A stretch of DNA of 32,000 nucleotides from Sulfolobus acidocaldarius DSM 639 (GTDB lineage: Archaea; Thermoproteota; Thermoprotei_A; Sulfolobales; Sulfolobaceae), in contig NC_007181.1 of NCBI RefSeq assembly GCF_000012285.1, positions 270,001 through 302,000 of the forward strand, in the 5' to 3' direction. Positions 1 through 9,971 of this stretch are shown piece by piece. The position numbers and the translations under genes were made by a program. Numbering within the stretch: position 1 is the stretch's first letter; each line of letters opens with the position of its first letter. The notes under the pieces are model-generated. The model was not told where the DNA came from and searched no databases. It saw only the letters and a program-made list of their open reading frames with translations.

Positions 1-1
1 A

Positions 2-802
2 AAGTACAAAGTAGTTACTGACAGGGGAAGTATTAGTGGAAGCAAGGTTGTTTTAGCTGAAGGAGTTAATGCGTTAATTTCCATGGGAATGAAAATTAGA
101 CCTGATCTAGAGCCTGAACATTCAGTTCAAGCTGTAAAGGAAGTATACAATTTGAATAAGGACGAAATAAATAAGAGGTTAGGATTTAAGAGCGATGAAG
201 AGGGTTCCAGCTGGAGAATATTTGGCACTAACCCAGTTCCTTATGCTGGATTCCTTTACACATACAAGGACGCTATTGCAATAGGTGTAGGTATTCCAAT
301 GTCTATACTAATAAAGAAGAAGATCTCTCCTTACACAGTATTGGATGAACTTAAAGAGAGACTAGGAATTAATGAACTTGTTAAAGGCGGGTCTCTTAGG
401 GAGTATTCTGCAAAAGTCATACCAGAACAGGGATTCCCTTCATATAGAGCCTGTTCTGGTAAAATATACCTCGCAGGTGACTCCATAGGTTTAATTAACG
501 CATTAACATTCAATGGCATAGGACCGGCAGTTATTTCTGGATCTATAGCAGGTAAAGCGGCTCTAGAGGGATATGAGTGTTTCAAGTACGAAGAAGAGCT
601 TATGAAAGACAAGGAGATTAAAGGAGTTGTAAAGGCTAGACCTCTGATACAAGAGTTAACTAAGGAAGAGAACTTGAACTATTATGTAAACTTCCTGGGG
701 GATGCACTTCATTCATGGGCTTATGGTTCCCTTTCCCTTAATTTAGATATGCCCAGACTTATTAAACACTTAATGTTAGGTATGGGGGTGTTAAAAGCAT
801 GA
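2..802 (+). CDS. fixC: FAD-dependent ETF-quinone oxidoreductase FixC-like, C-terminal part (5' end outside window)
   Basis: The frame is open from position 2 (KYKVVTDRGSISGSKVVLAEGVNALISMGM...) and continues into the 239-aa track ORF. The sequence resembles the FixC/geranylgeranyl-reductase flavoprotein family. A 4-nt ATGA overlap (799-802) joins it to a FixX-type ferredoxin gene. Confidence 0.65.
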   Translation, partial: KYKVVTDRGSISGSKVVLAEGVNALISMGMKIRPDLEPEHSVQAVKEVYNLNKDEINKRLGFKSDEEGSSWRIFGTNPVPYAGFLYTYKDAIAIGVGIPMSILIKKKISPYTVLDELKERLGINELVKGGSLREYSAKVIPEQGFPSYRACSGKIYLAGDSIGLINALTFNGIGPAVISGSIAGKAALEGYECFKYEEELMKDKEIKGVVKARPLIQELTKEENLNYYVNFLGDALHSWAYGSLSLNLDMPRLIKHLMLGMGVLKA

Positions 803-1089
803 GAATTGAGGAAAGGTTATATACTTTAAGATATAAGAGAGACGAAAAACCACACTTATCAATAATTGAGCCCAATAAGTGTCAAAAGTGTGCTGAAATT
901 AATGGAGTACCTGAACCATGTATCGTTGTTTGCCCAGCAAATGTGTACTCATGGGTAGACAACAATAGAATAGTAGTATCCTATGAGAACTGTGTTGAGT
1001 GCGGAGCCTGTAGAATAGCATGTCCATTCGATAATATTTCCTGGAAGTATCCAAGATATGGTCTCGGAGTAGCATTTAGATATGGGTAA
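799..1089 (+). CDS. fixX: FixX-type ferredoxin-like protein
   Basis: 96 aa. It has Cys motifs CQKC...CIVVCP and CVECGACRIACP, and the size and C-terminus (YPRYGLGVAFRYG) are typical of FixX. It is translationally coupled to fixC. Confidence 0.8.
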   Translation: MRIEERLYTLRYKRDEKPHLSIIEPNKCQKCAEINGVPEPCIVVCPANVYSWVDNNRIVVSYENCVECGACRIACPFDNISWKYPRYGLGVAFRYG

Positions 1090-1191
1090 CAACGAGATAT
1101 AAAAGACAAGTTTAATGATGTTTTTATTTAATTTATTTTAAACGTTCTAACCCCTTTGCTTTAAAACTAATATTTTATTCCTCTACGCGTT

Positions 1192-1959
1192 TTAGAGATC
1201 GATTCTTTCGGGGTGAGTATACACATTAAAGCTATTCCCTCTGACAAAACCAACAAGTGTTGCACCTGCGTCCTCTGCAATTTCTATAGCTTTACTCGTT
1301 GGTGCTGAAATACCGCTTATAATCGGAATTCCTGCTTTTATTGCCTTACTTACAATTTCATAACCTATTCTACCACTAACCTGAAGTATACCTTCAGTGA
1401 AAGGAAGTCGCCTCTTGTGGATTAAACTTCCTATTATCTTATCAACAGCGTTATGTCTCCCTACGTCTTCATATATACTTATTAATTCTCCACTAAGTGT
1501 AAACAGAGCAGCTGCGTGTAAACCACCAGTAATATTAAATACTCCCTGATTACTCCTCAGTTTCTCAGGAAGGGAAATAATAACCTCATTACTGGTCTTT
1601 GCGTCAGATTTTAGTAATTCAATAGCATTAAGAAAGCCTCTACCACAGATTCCACAACTAGAGTTAATAACAAAATTTCTCGTCTCTACAAATTTACCAT
1701 TGGTTAGCCTTACATGTATTTCGTTATCAGATAGCATACTGATTTCTTCAACATCCCTTAAACTATTAATGTAATCCTCGTAATAGAGAAACCCTAACGT
1801 GAGCTCTAAGTCATTACCAGGAGTCCTCATTATTATGGCTAAATTTTTTTCGTTTACAAAAATTTGAAGGGGCTCCTCAACAGCCACAAAATCCTCGGAA
1901 CTGGCTCTGTAACCGTCCTTAACCTTACTGATCTTGACTTTCCTTATTTGCACTACCAA
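1192..1959 (-). CDS. fdhD: formate dehydrogenase accessory sulfurtransferase FdhD
   Basis: 255 aa with the family motifs SSCGICG and GRHNAVDKIIG. It is the last gene of the fdhA-DUF1641-fdhD operon and overlaps the DUF1641 gene by 35 nt. Confidence 0.85.
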   Translation of the reverse strand: MVVQIRKVKISKVKDGYRASSEDFVAVEEPLQIFVNEKNLAIIMRTPGNDLELTLGFLYYEDYINSLRDVEEISMLSDNEIHVRLTNGKFVETRNFVINSSCGICGRGFLNAIELLKSDAKTSNEVIISLPEKLRSNQGVFNITGGLHAAALFTLSGELISIYEDVGRHNAVDKIIGSLIHKRRLPFTEGILQVSGRIGYEIVSKAIKAGIPIISGISAPTSKAIEIAEDAGATLVGFVRGNSFNVYTHPERIDL

Positions 1960-2290
1960 TCGCCTTTAATAATTTCAACAACAAGTATAAGCCTCTCCTA
2001 ACATCAGGGTCATTAAGCTCTCTCACAATTTCGCTTAATTTTATGTCCTTTACCTCCTCCTTACCTGCAAGTATAGAGTAAATTTCATTTACATTCCTTA
2101 TGAGCATGGAATTCTGTTCAGCTAAGAATGTTAAGTTTTCATCAAATTTCATGAGGACGCCATTCAGAAACTGCAATATACCTGTTTTATGAAGAGCATT
2201 TATCAACTTTAGGAATTGCTCTAATGCCTCTCTGCTCTCAGTCAATTCCTCAATTAATCTGTCAAAGGTTTGAATTCCTCCCTCTTCCAT
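1925..2290 (-). CDS. DUF1641-family protein (formate dehydrogenase associated)
   Basis: 121 aa with a helical N-terminus (ALHKTGILQFLNGVL) and the C-terminal motif LNDPDVRRGLYLLLKLLKAIG typical of DUF1641. It lies between fdhA and fdhD and overlaps both. Confidence 0.7.
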   Translation of the reverse strand: MEEGGIQTFDRLIEELTESREALEQFLKLINALHKTGILQFLNGVLMKFDENLTFLAEQNSMLIRNVNEIYSILAGKEEVKDIKLSEIVRELNDPDVRRGLYLLLKLLKAIGSANKESQDQ

Positions 2291-5190
2291 TTTTCCTCCA
2301 CCTGTATCCCTATTTGTTTTTTCCTCTCTTTTGTATGATACCTCCAGTTGTATGTAGGTAATGGATTATCTGTTTTGCTCCCTTCTTGCAGCCTTTCTAT
2401 AATAACAGGTGTATCCTTATACCCTGGAGTTCCACTGCCCTTATCTATTATTGGGGCAGTTAAGATGTTTACTCCCTTAGAAGGGTCTGAAGCGTATAAT
2501 GGTATAAATATCTCATCACCCTGAACCCTATCTGTTACTAGTGCTCTAGCCCTAATCTCTCCACCAAACTTCGATTTTACCATTATGAGATCTCCCGTAT
2601 TGATAGAGTACTTCTGAGCTAATTCTTTAGAGACCTCCACAAAAGTTTCAGGTACTCTCCCTGTGAGCCCGGCTACCCTCCTCGTCATATTACCAACATG
2701 GAAGTGCTCTAACACTCTTCCGCTATTTAGGGTTATCTTGTGAATTTCGTCTCTCATTTCAACTGGCTCAATCTCTAAAGGATACATTATAGCTTTACCA
2801 TCTGGAGTCTCAAATTTTTCAGTGTAAAGCAGAGGTGTGTCTCTTTCTTCATAAACTGGCCACAGCAGACTATTGAAGCCCTCTAATTTAGCGTAAGTCA
2901 CTCCACTAAATATGGGACATAGTTTAGCCACTTCATCCATTATATCTGAGGGATGTTTATAATTCCAGTTTGCCCCCATAGCATTAGCTATCATCTGTAT
3001 TATTTCCCAATCTGCTTTTGCTTCTCCAATAGGCTCCATTGCCTTGTAGAACCTCTGTATTCTCCTTTCAGTGTTTACAAATGTTCCGTCCTTTTCCAGA
3101 TTGGAAGCAACAGGTAGGACAACGTCAGCTAACTTAGCAGTTTCTGTCATGAACATGTCTTGCACTACGACAAAGTCAGCCTCCTCTAATGCTTTTCTGG
3201 TCAGAGGAGTACCACAGTCCACCATCACAGTGTCCTCTCCTATAATGTACAACCCGTGTATTTTACCTTCAAGAACTCCTTCAATCATCTGAGGAATTTG
3301 AAGACCGGGTTTTTCATTAAGTTTAGCCTTCCAGTTCTCTTCGAATTTTTTAATTACTCCCTCTTCAAACTTCTGATATCCTGGGAAATAGTTCGGTAAG
3401 CAGCCGAAATCACTAACACCTTGAACATTGTTATGACCCCTCATTGGGTAAGCCCCTGTGCCTGGTCTGCCATAATTACCAGTTAACAGTAAAAGATTAG
3501 ATATCATAGTTGATGTGTCAGCTCCGTTTACGTGTTGGGTAATCCCCATTCCCCAAAGAACAACTACGTTCTTAGCGTTGTGTATAAGTTCAGCTAGCTT
3601 AATTATTTGCTCCTTCGGCACGCCCGTTACAGATTCAACATAATCCAAGTTGAAACCTTCAATAGACTCCTTGAACTTCTCAAACCCATTCACACGATTC
3701 CTTATGAATTCCTTGTCCTCCCATCCGTTATCCAAAATGTATTTTGCTACGCCTGCGAGTATGATTGCGTCATTTCCTGGTTTTGATTTAATGAATAAGT
3801 CAGCCCACTCAGCTATTTCATGCCTTCTCACATCGATTACAGCAATTTTAGCTCCTCTTATCTTCTTTGCCCTCTTTACTTTACTGCCTATGACAGGGTG
3901 ACTCTCTGTGGTGTTATGACCAATCACAACAATTAGGTCGGCACTCTCAATATCCCTTATGGTTCCAGAGTCTGCTCCAAAGCCCACTGTCCTCCATAAT
4001 CCAACAGTTGCAGGAGCTTGGCAATACCTAGCAGAGTTGTCCACATTATTAGTTCCTAACACAGCTCTTGCGAATTTTTGGGCTAGATAAGCCTCTTCAT
4101 TACTCATTTTGTCTGACGCGATGACGCCTATAGCATCTGGACCGTATTTTTCTTTTATTTCTTTAAATTTCCTCGAAATAAGTGAGATAGCTTCTTCCCA
4201 CGTAGCCTCCCTGAACTTATCTCCCTCCCTTATCAAGGGTTTGGTGAGTCTATCTGGACTATTTACGAAATCCCACCCAAACTTTCCTTTAACACATGTA
4301 AGTATTCCATTTGCAGGAGACTCCGGTTTTGGTTCTATTTTTAATATTTTTCTTCCCTTAGTCCACACTTCGAACGAACATCCAACACCGCAATAAGTAC
4401 AAACTGTCTTCGTCCTTTTTATCTGAGTTTCCCTAGCCTTAGACTCCAATTCACTGAAAGTCATGAGCAGAGAAAAGTTGTCCTCTGCTTTCCCAATAGC
4501 CTCTATAGCTTTTCTCTTCAGATCCTTGTTTATCCAGGTAAAGAACCCTGCTTCACCTAGCATGCTCTTCTCCATCAATGCATTCACTGGACATACTGTT
4601 ACACAAGTCCCACAGTTAACACAGGAGGAATTTCCTATGGGATTGCCATTATCCCAGACTACTCTAGGTGGGTTTAAATTCCAATCGATCCAGATTACTT
4701 CATTTACAGCAAAATCTTGGCAAGCCTCAACACACCTACCGCATAGAATACATTGTGAAGGGTCATAAGTATAAAAAGGACCAGTATCATCTAAAGCATA
4801 TCCCTTATCCACATACTTCTGGGAGTTTATATTTAGCTTAATTACTGCTTCATGAAGCTCACAATCTCCATTATTATTTTCACAAATAGTACAGTACAAC
4901 TTGTGATATCGAAGTATTCTACTGACTGCAGTCTTCCTAGCATTTAATGCTCTAGGAGAATTAACGTTAATTGACATCCCTTCTACTGCCTTAATTGCAC
5001 ATGATCTAACAAGTTTACCGTTAACTTCCACTATACACGTATCACAACTTTGTATAGGTGTTAGACCAGTGTTGTAACATACATGAGGTACATAGAACCC
5101 TTTTTCCATAAGAGCTAAAGCTAGGCTTAATTCTGTATTCAGTTCCACCTCTTTACCATCAACTTTAACCCTTACGGAACCCATATTCAA
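2254..5190 (-). CDS. fdhA: formate dehydrogenase alpha subunit (molybdopterin oxidoreductase with NuoG-like Fe-S N-terminus), Cys-type
   Basis: 978 aa. The N-terminus has a 2Fe-2S pattern (CYNTGLTPIQSCDTCIVEVNGKLVRSC) and an H-x3-C-x2-C-x5-C site (HKLYCTICENNNGDC). Two ferredoxin motifs follow (CILCGRCVEAC, CVNCGTCVTVCP), then the MopB cluster CTYCGVGCSF. The active-site region ARYCQAP has Cys and there is no in-frame TGA. Confidence 0.9.
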   Translation of the reverse strand: MNMGSVRVKVDGKEVELNTELSLALALMEKGFYVPHVCYNTGLTPIQSCDTCIVEVNGKLVRSCAIKAVEGMSINVNSPRALNARKTAVSRILRYHKLYCTICENNNGDCELHEAVIKLNINSQKYVDKGYALDDTGPFYTYDPSQCILCGRCVEACQDFAVNEVIWIDWNLNPPRVVWDNGNPIGNSSCVNCGTCVTVCPVNALMEKSMLGEAGFFTWINKDLKRKAIEAIGKAEDNFSLLMTFSELESKARETQIKRTKTVCTYCGVGCSFEVWTKGRKILKIEPKPESPANGILTCVKGKFGWDFVNSPDRLTKPLIREGDKFREATWEEAISLISRKFKEIKEKYGPDAIGVIASDKMSNEEAYLAQKFARAVLGTNNVDNSARYCQAPATVGLWRTVGFGADSGTIRDIESADLIVVIGHNTTESHPVIGSKVKRAKKIRGAKIAVIDVRRHEIAEWADLFIKSKPGNDAIILAGVAKYILDNGWEDKEFIRNRVNGFEKFKESIEGFNLDYVESVTGVPKEQIIKLAELIHNAKNVVVLWGMGITQHVNGADTSTMISNLLLLTGNYGRPGTGAYPMRGHNNVQGVSDFGCLPNYFPGYQKFEEGVIKKFEENWKAKLNEKPGLQIPQMIEGVLEGKIHGLYIIGEDTVMVDCGTPLTRKALEEADFVVVQDMFMTETAKLADVVLPVASNLEKDGTFVNTERRIQRFYKAMEPIGEAKADWEIIQMIANAMGANWNYKHPSDIMDEVAKLCPIFSGVTYAKLEGFNSLLWPVYEERDTPLLYTEKFETPDGKAIMYPLEIEPVEMRDEIHKITLNSGRVLEHFHVGNMTRRVAGLTGRVPETFVEVSKELAQKYSINTGDLIMVKSKFGGEIRARALVTDRVQGDEIFIPLYASDPSKGVNILTAPIIDKGSGTPGYKDTPVIIERLQEGSKTDNPLPTYNWRYHTKERKKQIGIQVEEKWKREEFKPLTD

Positions 5191-5395
5191 TAATATAAAG
5201 TTGCGAAAGTTATATTCCTATTGCTAATACTGTGGTAAAATTATTAAGAAAACCACGATAATAATTTTGTGTATTGATAATTATTTCGTTAATATGATTA
5301 AAATTCAGTCGATTTAAATTAAAATATTCTTAGGTACTTCTTAGTCATTTTCATTCTAGGAATCTTTTGCTCGTAAAGATAGTATTAAGGTGAAT

Positions 5396-6538
5396 TTAGG
5401 ATAACCAAAGTTTAGTTTCCTTCCTCTCTATATGGTCTATTATCCATGAAAGATTAACAGGATAGAACTTAGTTACATCGACTCCCACATTGATAGTTTT
5501 TAACTCTCCATTTACAAAAGGAAATTCTCTTAGCCTATTATTATGCACATGCCCATGAATATTCCAGACATTTCCTTGAGGACTAGGCTTATGGGTCAAC
5601 AGAAAGTCATATCCAGCGAAATTAAAGTACATGCTCTCTGGACCTACGCCTGGGACATCATGATTACCTTGTATGAAAACCTTGTTTCCCCTGAGCAAAC
5701 TCGTATATTCTTTCAGTTTCTTGTGGTTAATAGAGAAATCTCCCAATATGTAAACGGTGTCGTTGGGGGAAACAACTTCATTCCACCTCCTGATTATGAA
5801 GTCGTCCATTTCCTTTACTTCTATAAAAGGTCTAGAACAATACTTAATAATATTTTTATGACCAAAATGAGTATCCGCAACGAACCAAATATTCTCCCTC
5901 ATTGACATATTATCGATATTAACCTTCAGGAATTTCTCCCTATATGCCTTAAAGGTTTTTGACAGATATCTCTTGGATAGAGCTTGTTTCCTGACAAGGA
6001 GACTCTTCGTCGCAGTATCGTATTCTGCGACTATCTTACTATTTCCTAGCAAACAAATTCTTAAGGCAACTCCAGGATAGAGGAATTGCTTCAATCTTTC
6101 AAACTTATCAGTTTTTTCTATCTCCTTTAGTTCTTTTTCTGTAGTTCCAAAACTTATTGCTGCATGAAACCACAAACTTTCAGAGAATTTTTCCTTGCCT
6201 CGTTCAATCTTTATTAATGGCTTAAGCCTCTGGTATAGTTCCCTCTGAAGGGCTACTAATTCCATAGAAGGGCTAATGTTAAAAGCAAGCACTAGACCCT
6301 TAGAACCTCTCTTTATACTGATTCCATCAAACAAAAACCTTAGATCCTCATACTTTCCTGCAACATCAGATATAATCTGAGAAATTTCACTGATTTTCAC
6401 CAGAGGTTTAGGCTTAAATGAGTAAATTAGGGTTATATGAGGTATCTTATGAGTATTGTGTAAATGGAACCTGAATTTACGAAGGAATTGTTTCAACCTA
6501 TGCTTCTCCAACACTGGTCTAATCTCTATAAGATACAT
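5396..6538 (-). CDS. two-domain protein: N-terminal 2H-phosphoesterase-like (LigT-like) domain fused to a C-terminal calcineurin-like metallophosphoesterase
   Basis: The N-terminal half has one canonical HxT motif (PHITLIY) and a degenerate second one (FHAAIS). The C-terminal half has the metallophosphoesterase signature series ADTHFGH ... ILGDFS ... GNHD ... HGHVHNN. Confidence 0.6.
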   Translation of the reverse strand: MYLIEIRPVLEKHRLKQFLRKFRFHLHNTHKIPHITLIYSFKPKPLVKISEISQIISDVAGKYEDLRFLFDGISIKRGSKGLVLAFNISPSMELVALQRELYQRLKPLIKIERGKEKFSESLWFHAAISFGTTEKELKEIEKTDKFERLKQFLYPGVALRICLLGNSKIVAEYDTATKSLLVRKQALSKRYLSKTFKAYREKFLKVNIDNMSMRENIWFVADTHFGHKNIIKYCSRPFIEVKEMDDFIIRRWNEVVSPNDTVYILGDFSINHKKLKEYTSLLRGNKVFIQGNHDVPGVGPESMYFNFAGYDFLLTHKPSPQGNVWNIHGHVHNNRLREFPFVNGELKTINVGVDVTKFYPVNLSWIIDHIERKETKLWLS

Positions 6539-6695
6539 GCGTTATTTCATTACTTCTATTGTAGAGAAGGATATATAAAGATTATGACTCCAATAGTGTT
6601 CTATATATGTAAGTAATCAAGACGATACACTAACTCCATTAAACTTGGCGTCCACGAAGAAAATTTTTAATCTAATACTCTAGTAATATTATAGT

Positions 6696-6938
6696 ATGAG
6701 AGTAGTAACAATAAAAGTAAATGATGATATTAATGAAGTAGCGGAAGAGATGATTAGATTGGGTATAGCTAGATCGAAAAACGAAGCCTTCAACATAATG
6801 ATCCGTAAAGGGTTGAACGAGGTTAAAAGAATTGTAGACAAGAGGAAAAAAGTTAATGAACTAGTTGAAAGATGGCAAAGAGAGGGCTTACCTATAGAGT
6901 TACCTAACTCAAACAAGATAATAGCTGACAGGGAATGA
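6696..6938 (+). CDS. vapB: VapB-like antitoxin (small DNA-binding protein)
   Basis: 80 aa. It sits immediately upstream of a PIN-domain gene with a 4-nt ATGA overlap. The N-terminus (MRVVTIKVNDDINEVAEEMIRLG) is consistent with a ribbon-helix-helix or AbrB-like antitoxin. Confidence 0.55.
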   Translation: MRVVTIKVNDDINEVAEEMIRLGIARSKNEAFNIMIRKGLNEVKRIVDKRKKVNELVERWQREGLPIELPNSNKIIADRE

Positions 6939-7333
6939 GATACTACATAGATACGAGTGTACTTATAGCATACGTTAATGAAAAAGACCCTAACCATGAG
7001 CTTTCCCTTATGGTCGTTCCAAAGGAAGGAGAGAGGATAATAAGTGATATAGTTGAACTTGAGTTATATTCTGTTTTCTCTAGAACTCTAAAACTGAGTG
7101 AAGAAGAGTTGGACGCTCTAGTAAATTATACCGTATTAAAGGGAAACTGTAAAAAGGAGGAACTGGACTTCAATAAACTCTTTGAAACCGCTAAATCCTT
7201 AGCAAACATAACAAAACTAAAATCTTTAGACCTGCTTCATTTATCTGCAAGTATCTTGTTAAACTGTGAGCTTATCACACTAGATAAAGAACTGGAAAAC
7301 GCAAGGAACAAAATATCGTCCTATCTTCCCTAA
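6935..7333 (+). CDS. vapC: PIN-domain ribonuclease toxin VapC
   Basis: 132 aa. The N-terminus YYIDTSVLIAYV carries the first PIN acidic residue, with later acidic positions at DLLHLSAS and LITLDKEL. It is coupled to the upstream small ORF. Confidence 0.75.
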   Translation: MRYYIDTSVLIAYVNEKDPNHELSLMVVPKEGERIISDIVELELYSVFSRTLKLSEEELDALVNYTVLKGNCKKEELDFNKLFETAKSLANITKLKSLDLLHLSASILLNCELITLDKELENARNKISSYLP

Positions 7334-7459
7334 AGTCTCTTTAACGGAGACGAGATGACTAAAATTAATTAATTTATTGTACAAGTTGTAAGATTATTCA
7401 TCTAGCCATCTTAATTTTCATCACGAATTTTAGTTCGATTAATCTTCTTTACTTAATGT

Positions 7460-8311
7460 TTACAAGAGCAAATTTCTGTAGATTATATAAATTGCCACAA
7501 CTATCAGGACAACTCCAAATACTTTCCTAAGAGTGCTTCTTGGTGATTTTGACGCGAGTAGAGTACCTATATACCCACCGCCTACTCCGCCTGCCAAGAG
7601 AATTAGGGACAAGATATAGTCAATTTCACCATAAGATGCGTACGTCAATGCAGTTGAAAGCCCGAAGGTTCCTACAGAGATGAGTGATGTGCCAATAGCT
7701 GAAATGATACTCATAGAGGTACTAAAGAGTAATGCAGGAACTATAAGAAATCCCCCTCCTATACCTAGAAATCCAGAGGCTAGACCGACCAAAAAGCCTG
7801 TGTATATTATCCTAATGTTAATACGGTCTTTTGATTTTACCACACCAGTATCACCACTACCTTTTGTCTCATTTGATCCCTCCTTGCACTTGCTCTTAAT
7901 CATCCTTAAACCAATTAAAATCATCACTATCCCGAACATTATGAGAATAAGATTCCCTGTGGTGAGGTAACCGAAATACGCACCCAATATCGAGCCTATA
8001 ACACCTGGAATGGTAAATACGACTCCCTCGAAAACTTTAACATTCCCTTTCCTCCAGTGAATAAATGAATTAATGTATGCATTTAAACCCACTGCTAGTG
8101 CTGAGGTTCCTAAAACTAAGTGGGTTATGTTAGAATAGTTACCAAAGCTGGAAGAGTCATTACCTAAACCTACAAAGTATAATAATAGGGGAACTGCGAG
8201 TATTGACCCGCCCCCTCCTATAAGACCTAAAATAAGCCCAATAATGAAGCCAGAGACCACTACGAGGACATATTGTATGAGTGTTAATTCCACCTCAGTA
8301 TACGGAGTCAT
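7460..8311 (-). CDS. TauE/SafE (DUF81) family anion permease, putative sulfite exporter
   Basis: 283 aa polytopic membrane protein with duplicated Gly-rich motifs GGGGSILAVPLLLYF and GIGGGFLIVPALLF, typical of TauE/SafE. It lies directly downstream of hdrB2 on the same strand. Confidence 0.8.
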   Translation of the reverse strand: MTPYTEVELTLIQYVLVVVSGFIIGLILGLIGGGGSILAVPLLLYFVGLGNDSSSFGNYSNITHLVLGTSALAVGLNAYINSFIHWRKGNVKVFEGVVFTIPGVIGSILGAYFGYLTTGNLILIMFGIVMILIGLRMIKSKCKEGSNETKGSGDTGVVKSKDRINIRIIYTGFLVGLASGFLGIGGGFLIVPALLFSTSMSIISAIGTSLISVGTFGLSTALTYASYGEIDYILSLILLAGGVGGGYIGTLLASKSPRSTLRKVFGVVLIVVAIYIIYRNLLL

Positions 8312-8370
8312 AATATACTTTATATCAAATAAGATAAAAAAACTTAAGTTATAAAAAAGTAATGATTCGT

Positions 8371-9282
8371 TTACATGTATCTCTTTAACACTGACATAGG
8401 GTTAGTTATATTAGCTACTAATAGGGTTTCCTCAGGGCTATGACCAAAGGCAAAAGCTAGGAGTTGTGAAAAGTAGGCTAAAGGCATTTCTAAATCTTTT
8501 CCATACTTTTCAGCAATCTTTCTCATATTTGTCTCAATGGCTACATGACCCAATGGACAATCGGTAACTAAAACCTCTGCACCATTCCTTCTAGCCTCCT
8601 TTAATATTCTAGCCTCAAGGTGCATAGCCACCTCTACGTCGGAATATACATGTGGACCTCCACAACACATAGTCTTAGCTTCAAATGGAACAACTTCAGC
8701 GCCTATAGCCTTAAGTATCTCGTCCATAAAGAATGGTCTCTCCGGGTCGTCCTTCAGTGGAGCCATACCCGTGAGTAAGTATTGCTTGGGTCTCGAATAT
8801 AGGCATCCATAATATGGAGCAACCTTCAGTCCTGTCAATGGTCTCTTGACCTTCGCCTTGACTCCCTCTATTCCTACAGTATTATATACGTATTCAACTG
8901 CGTGAATTAACATAAGTTTAAGATCATACTTGACCGTACCCATCTTCTCTAAATAATTATTAGCCTTCTCTCTGACCTTAGGATATTTTGACATGTAGTA
9001 TTGAGCCCTTGATAGGGAGTAGTGACAGCCCGGACAGGCAGAAACTACTGCGTCTGCACCCATCTCTCTAGCTAAAGAGAGATTTCTAGCAGGTAATAAT
9101 AGACCAGCCATAGTGTTTACATTCTTTACCTCCAAAGCTCCACAACAATTGTAGTCCTCAATTCTGTCTAAAGGTATTCCTAGATCTTGTGCCACTAACT
9201 TAAGTGAAACCTCATATGTCTTTCCTAAACCGTCTAATGCACAACCTGGGTAAAAGGCTATTTTACCATATGGATTACTCAT
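8371..9282 (-). CDS. hdrB2: sulfur-oxidising heterodisulfide reductase-like subunit HdrB2
   Basis: 303 aa with two CCG-type Cys-rich domains (FYPGC...YNCCGA and YYGC...TMCCGGPH). An ATGA overlap (9279-9282) joins it to hdrC2. Confidence 0.9.
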   Translation of the reverse strand: MSNPYGKIAFYPGCALDGLGKTYEVSLKLVAQDLGIPLDRIEDYNCCGALEVKNVNTMAGLLLPARNLSLAREMGADAVVSACPGCHYSLSRAQYYMSKYPKVREKANNYLEKMGTVKYDLKLMLIHAVEYVYNTVGIEGVKAKVKRPLTGLKVAPYYGCLYSRPKQYLLTGMAPLKDDPERPFFMDEILKAIGAEVVPFEAKTMCCGGPHVYSDVEVAMHLEARILKEARRNGAEVLVTDCPLGHVAIETNMRKIAEKYGKDLEMPLAYFSQLLAFAFGHSPEETLLVANITNPMSVLKRYM

Positions 9283-9971
9283 TCAGGAACCACCTCCTCT
9301 TTCATTGCTTCCTCTAATACCTCCTTGATTTTATCCCAATTTTTCACTCTATTGGGTTTTAGGACATCACCGACTAGTTTACCTTTCAACATTGCAGCAC
9401 CAATCGATATTAAGTCCTTTATACCTAAGGTAACCATTCCTGCTTTCGATGCAGCCATTCCCAATGTTAACTCTGATATCCTACCTCCATTTCTCATAAC
9501 TGTCTCCAGGAAGAGTTCATCAAATATAGTTCCAGGATCCTTTTTAACTAAGTTATGCTTTAAGAAGTAATTATGTATCGAGTGAACGACCTCTTCTACC
9601 ATGACTCCTTTAGGACATCTATGGGTACATTTTTGACATGAGACACATCTCCATAGCGAATCCTGTAGTTGGATCAAAGCTTGCTTGTCCCCTTTTCTCG
9701 CTAAATCAATAAACTTCCTCGGTCCAAAATCTGGGTCGTATTCTCTCATAGTACAACCGGAAGTGCATGTACCACATTGCCAACAAGCACTTATTGTCAC
9801 TCCCTCTAAGGTATTTGCAACTTCGTCCCATATACTGGGGTCATAGCCAGTCTGAGTTGTTTCTACCATAAATGCATTCCATGTTCCGTCTACCTCCACT
9901 CCGTCAACTATTACTTTCTCTTTTTGAATAACTCCCTTTACTATAGGTTTTTCAGATTCAGGAATTGGCAA
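9279..9971 (-). CDS. hdrC2: heterodisulfide reductase-like subunit HdrC2 (2x[4Fe-4S])
   Basis: 230 aa with two ferredoxin-type motifs, [11 protein letters not shown] and [12 protein letters not shown]. It sits between the hyp gene and hdrB2. Confidence 0.9.
   Translation of the reverse strand: MPIPESEKPIVKGVIQKEKVIVDGVEVDGTWNAFMVETTQTGYDPSIWDEVANTLEGVTISACWQCGTCTSGCTMREYDPDFGPRKFIDLARKGDKQALIQLQDSLWRCVSCQKCTHRCPKGVMVEEVVHSIHNYFLKHNLVKKDPGTIFDELFLETVMRNGGRISELTLGMAASKAGMVTLGIKDLISIGAAMLKGKLVGDVLKPNRVKNWDKIKEVLEEAMKEEVVPE

Noticed and set aside
2-802. FixC-like flavoprotein as the LipT-type electron donor for the LipS radical-SAM enzymes.
   Set aside because: It is more than 20 kb from the lipS genes. 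It is translationally coupled to a FixX ferredoxin, which indicates a fixABCX/ETF context continuing outside the window.
2254-5190. Possible selenocysteine (TGA recoding) in the formate dehydrogenase.
   Set aside because: The ORF is continuous with no in-frame TGA. The active-site position in ARYCQAP is an ordinary Cys codon.
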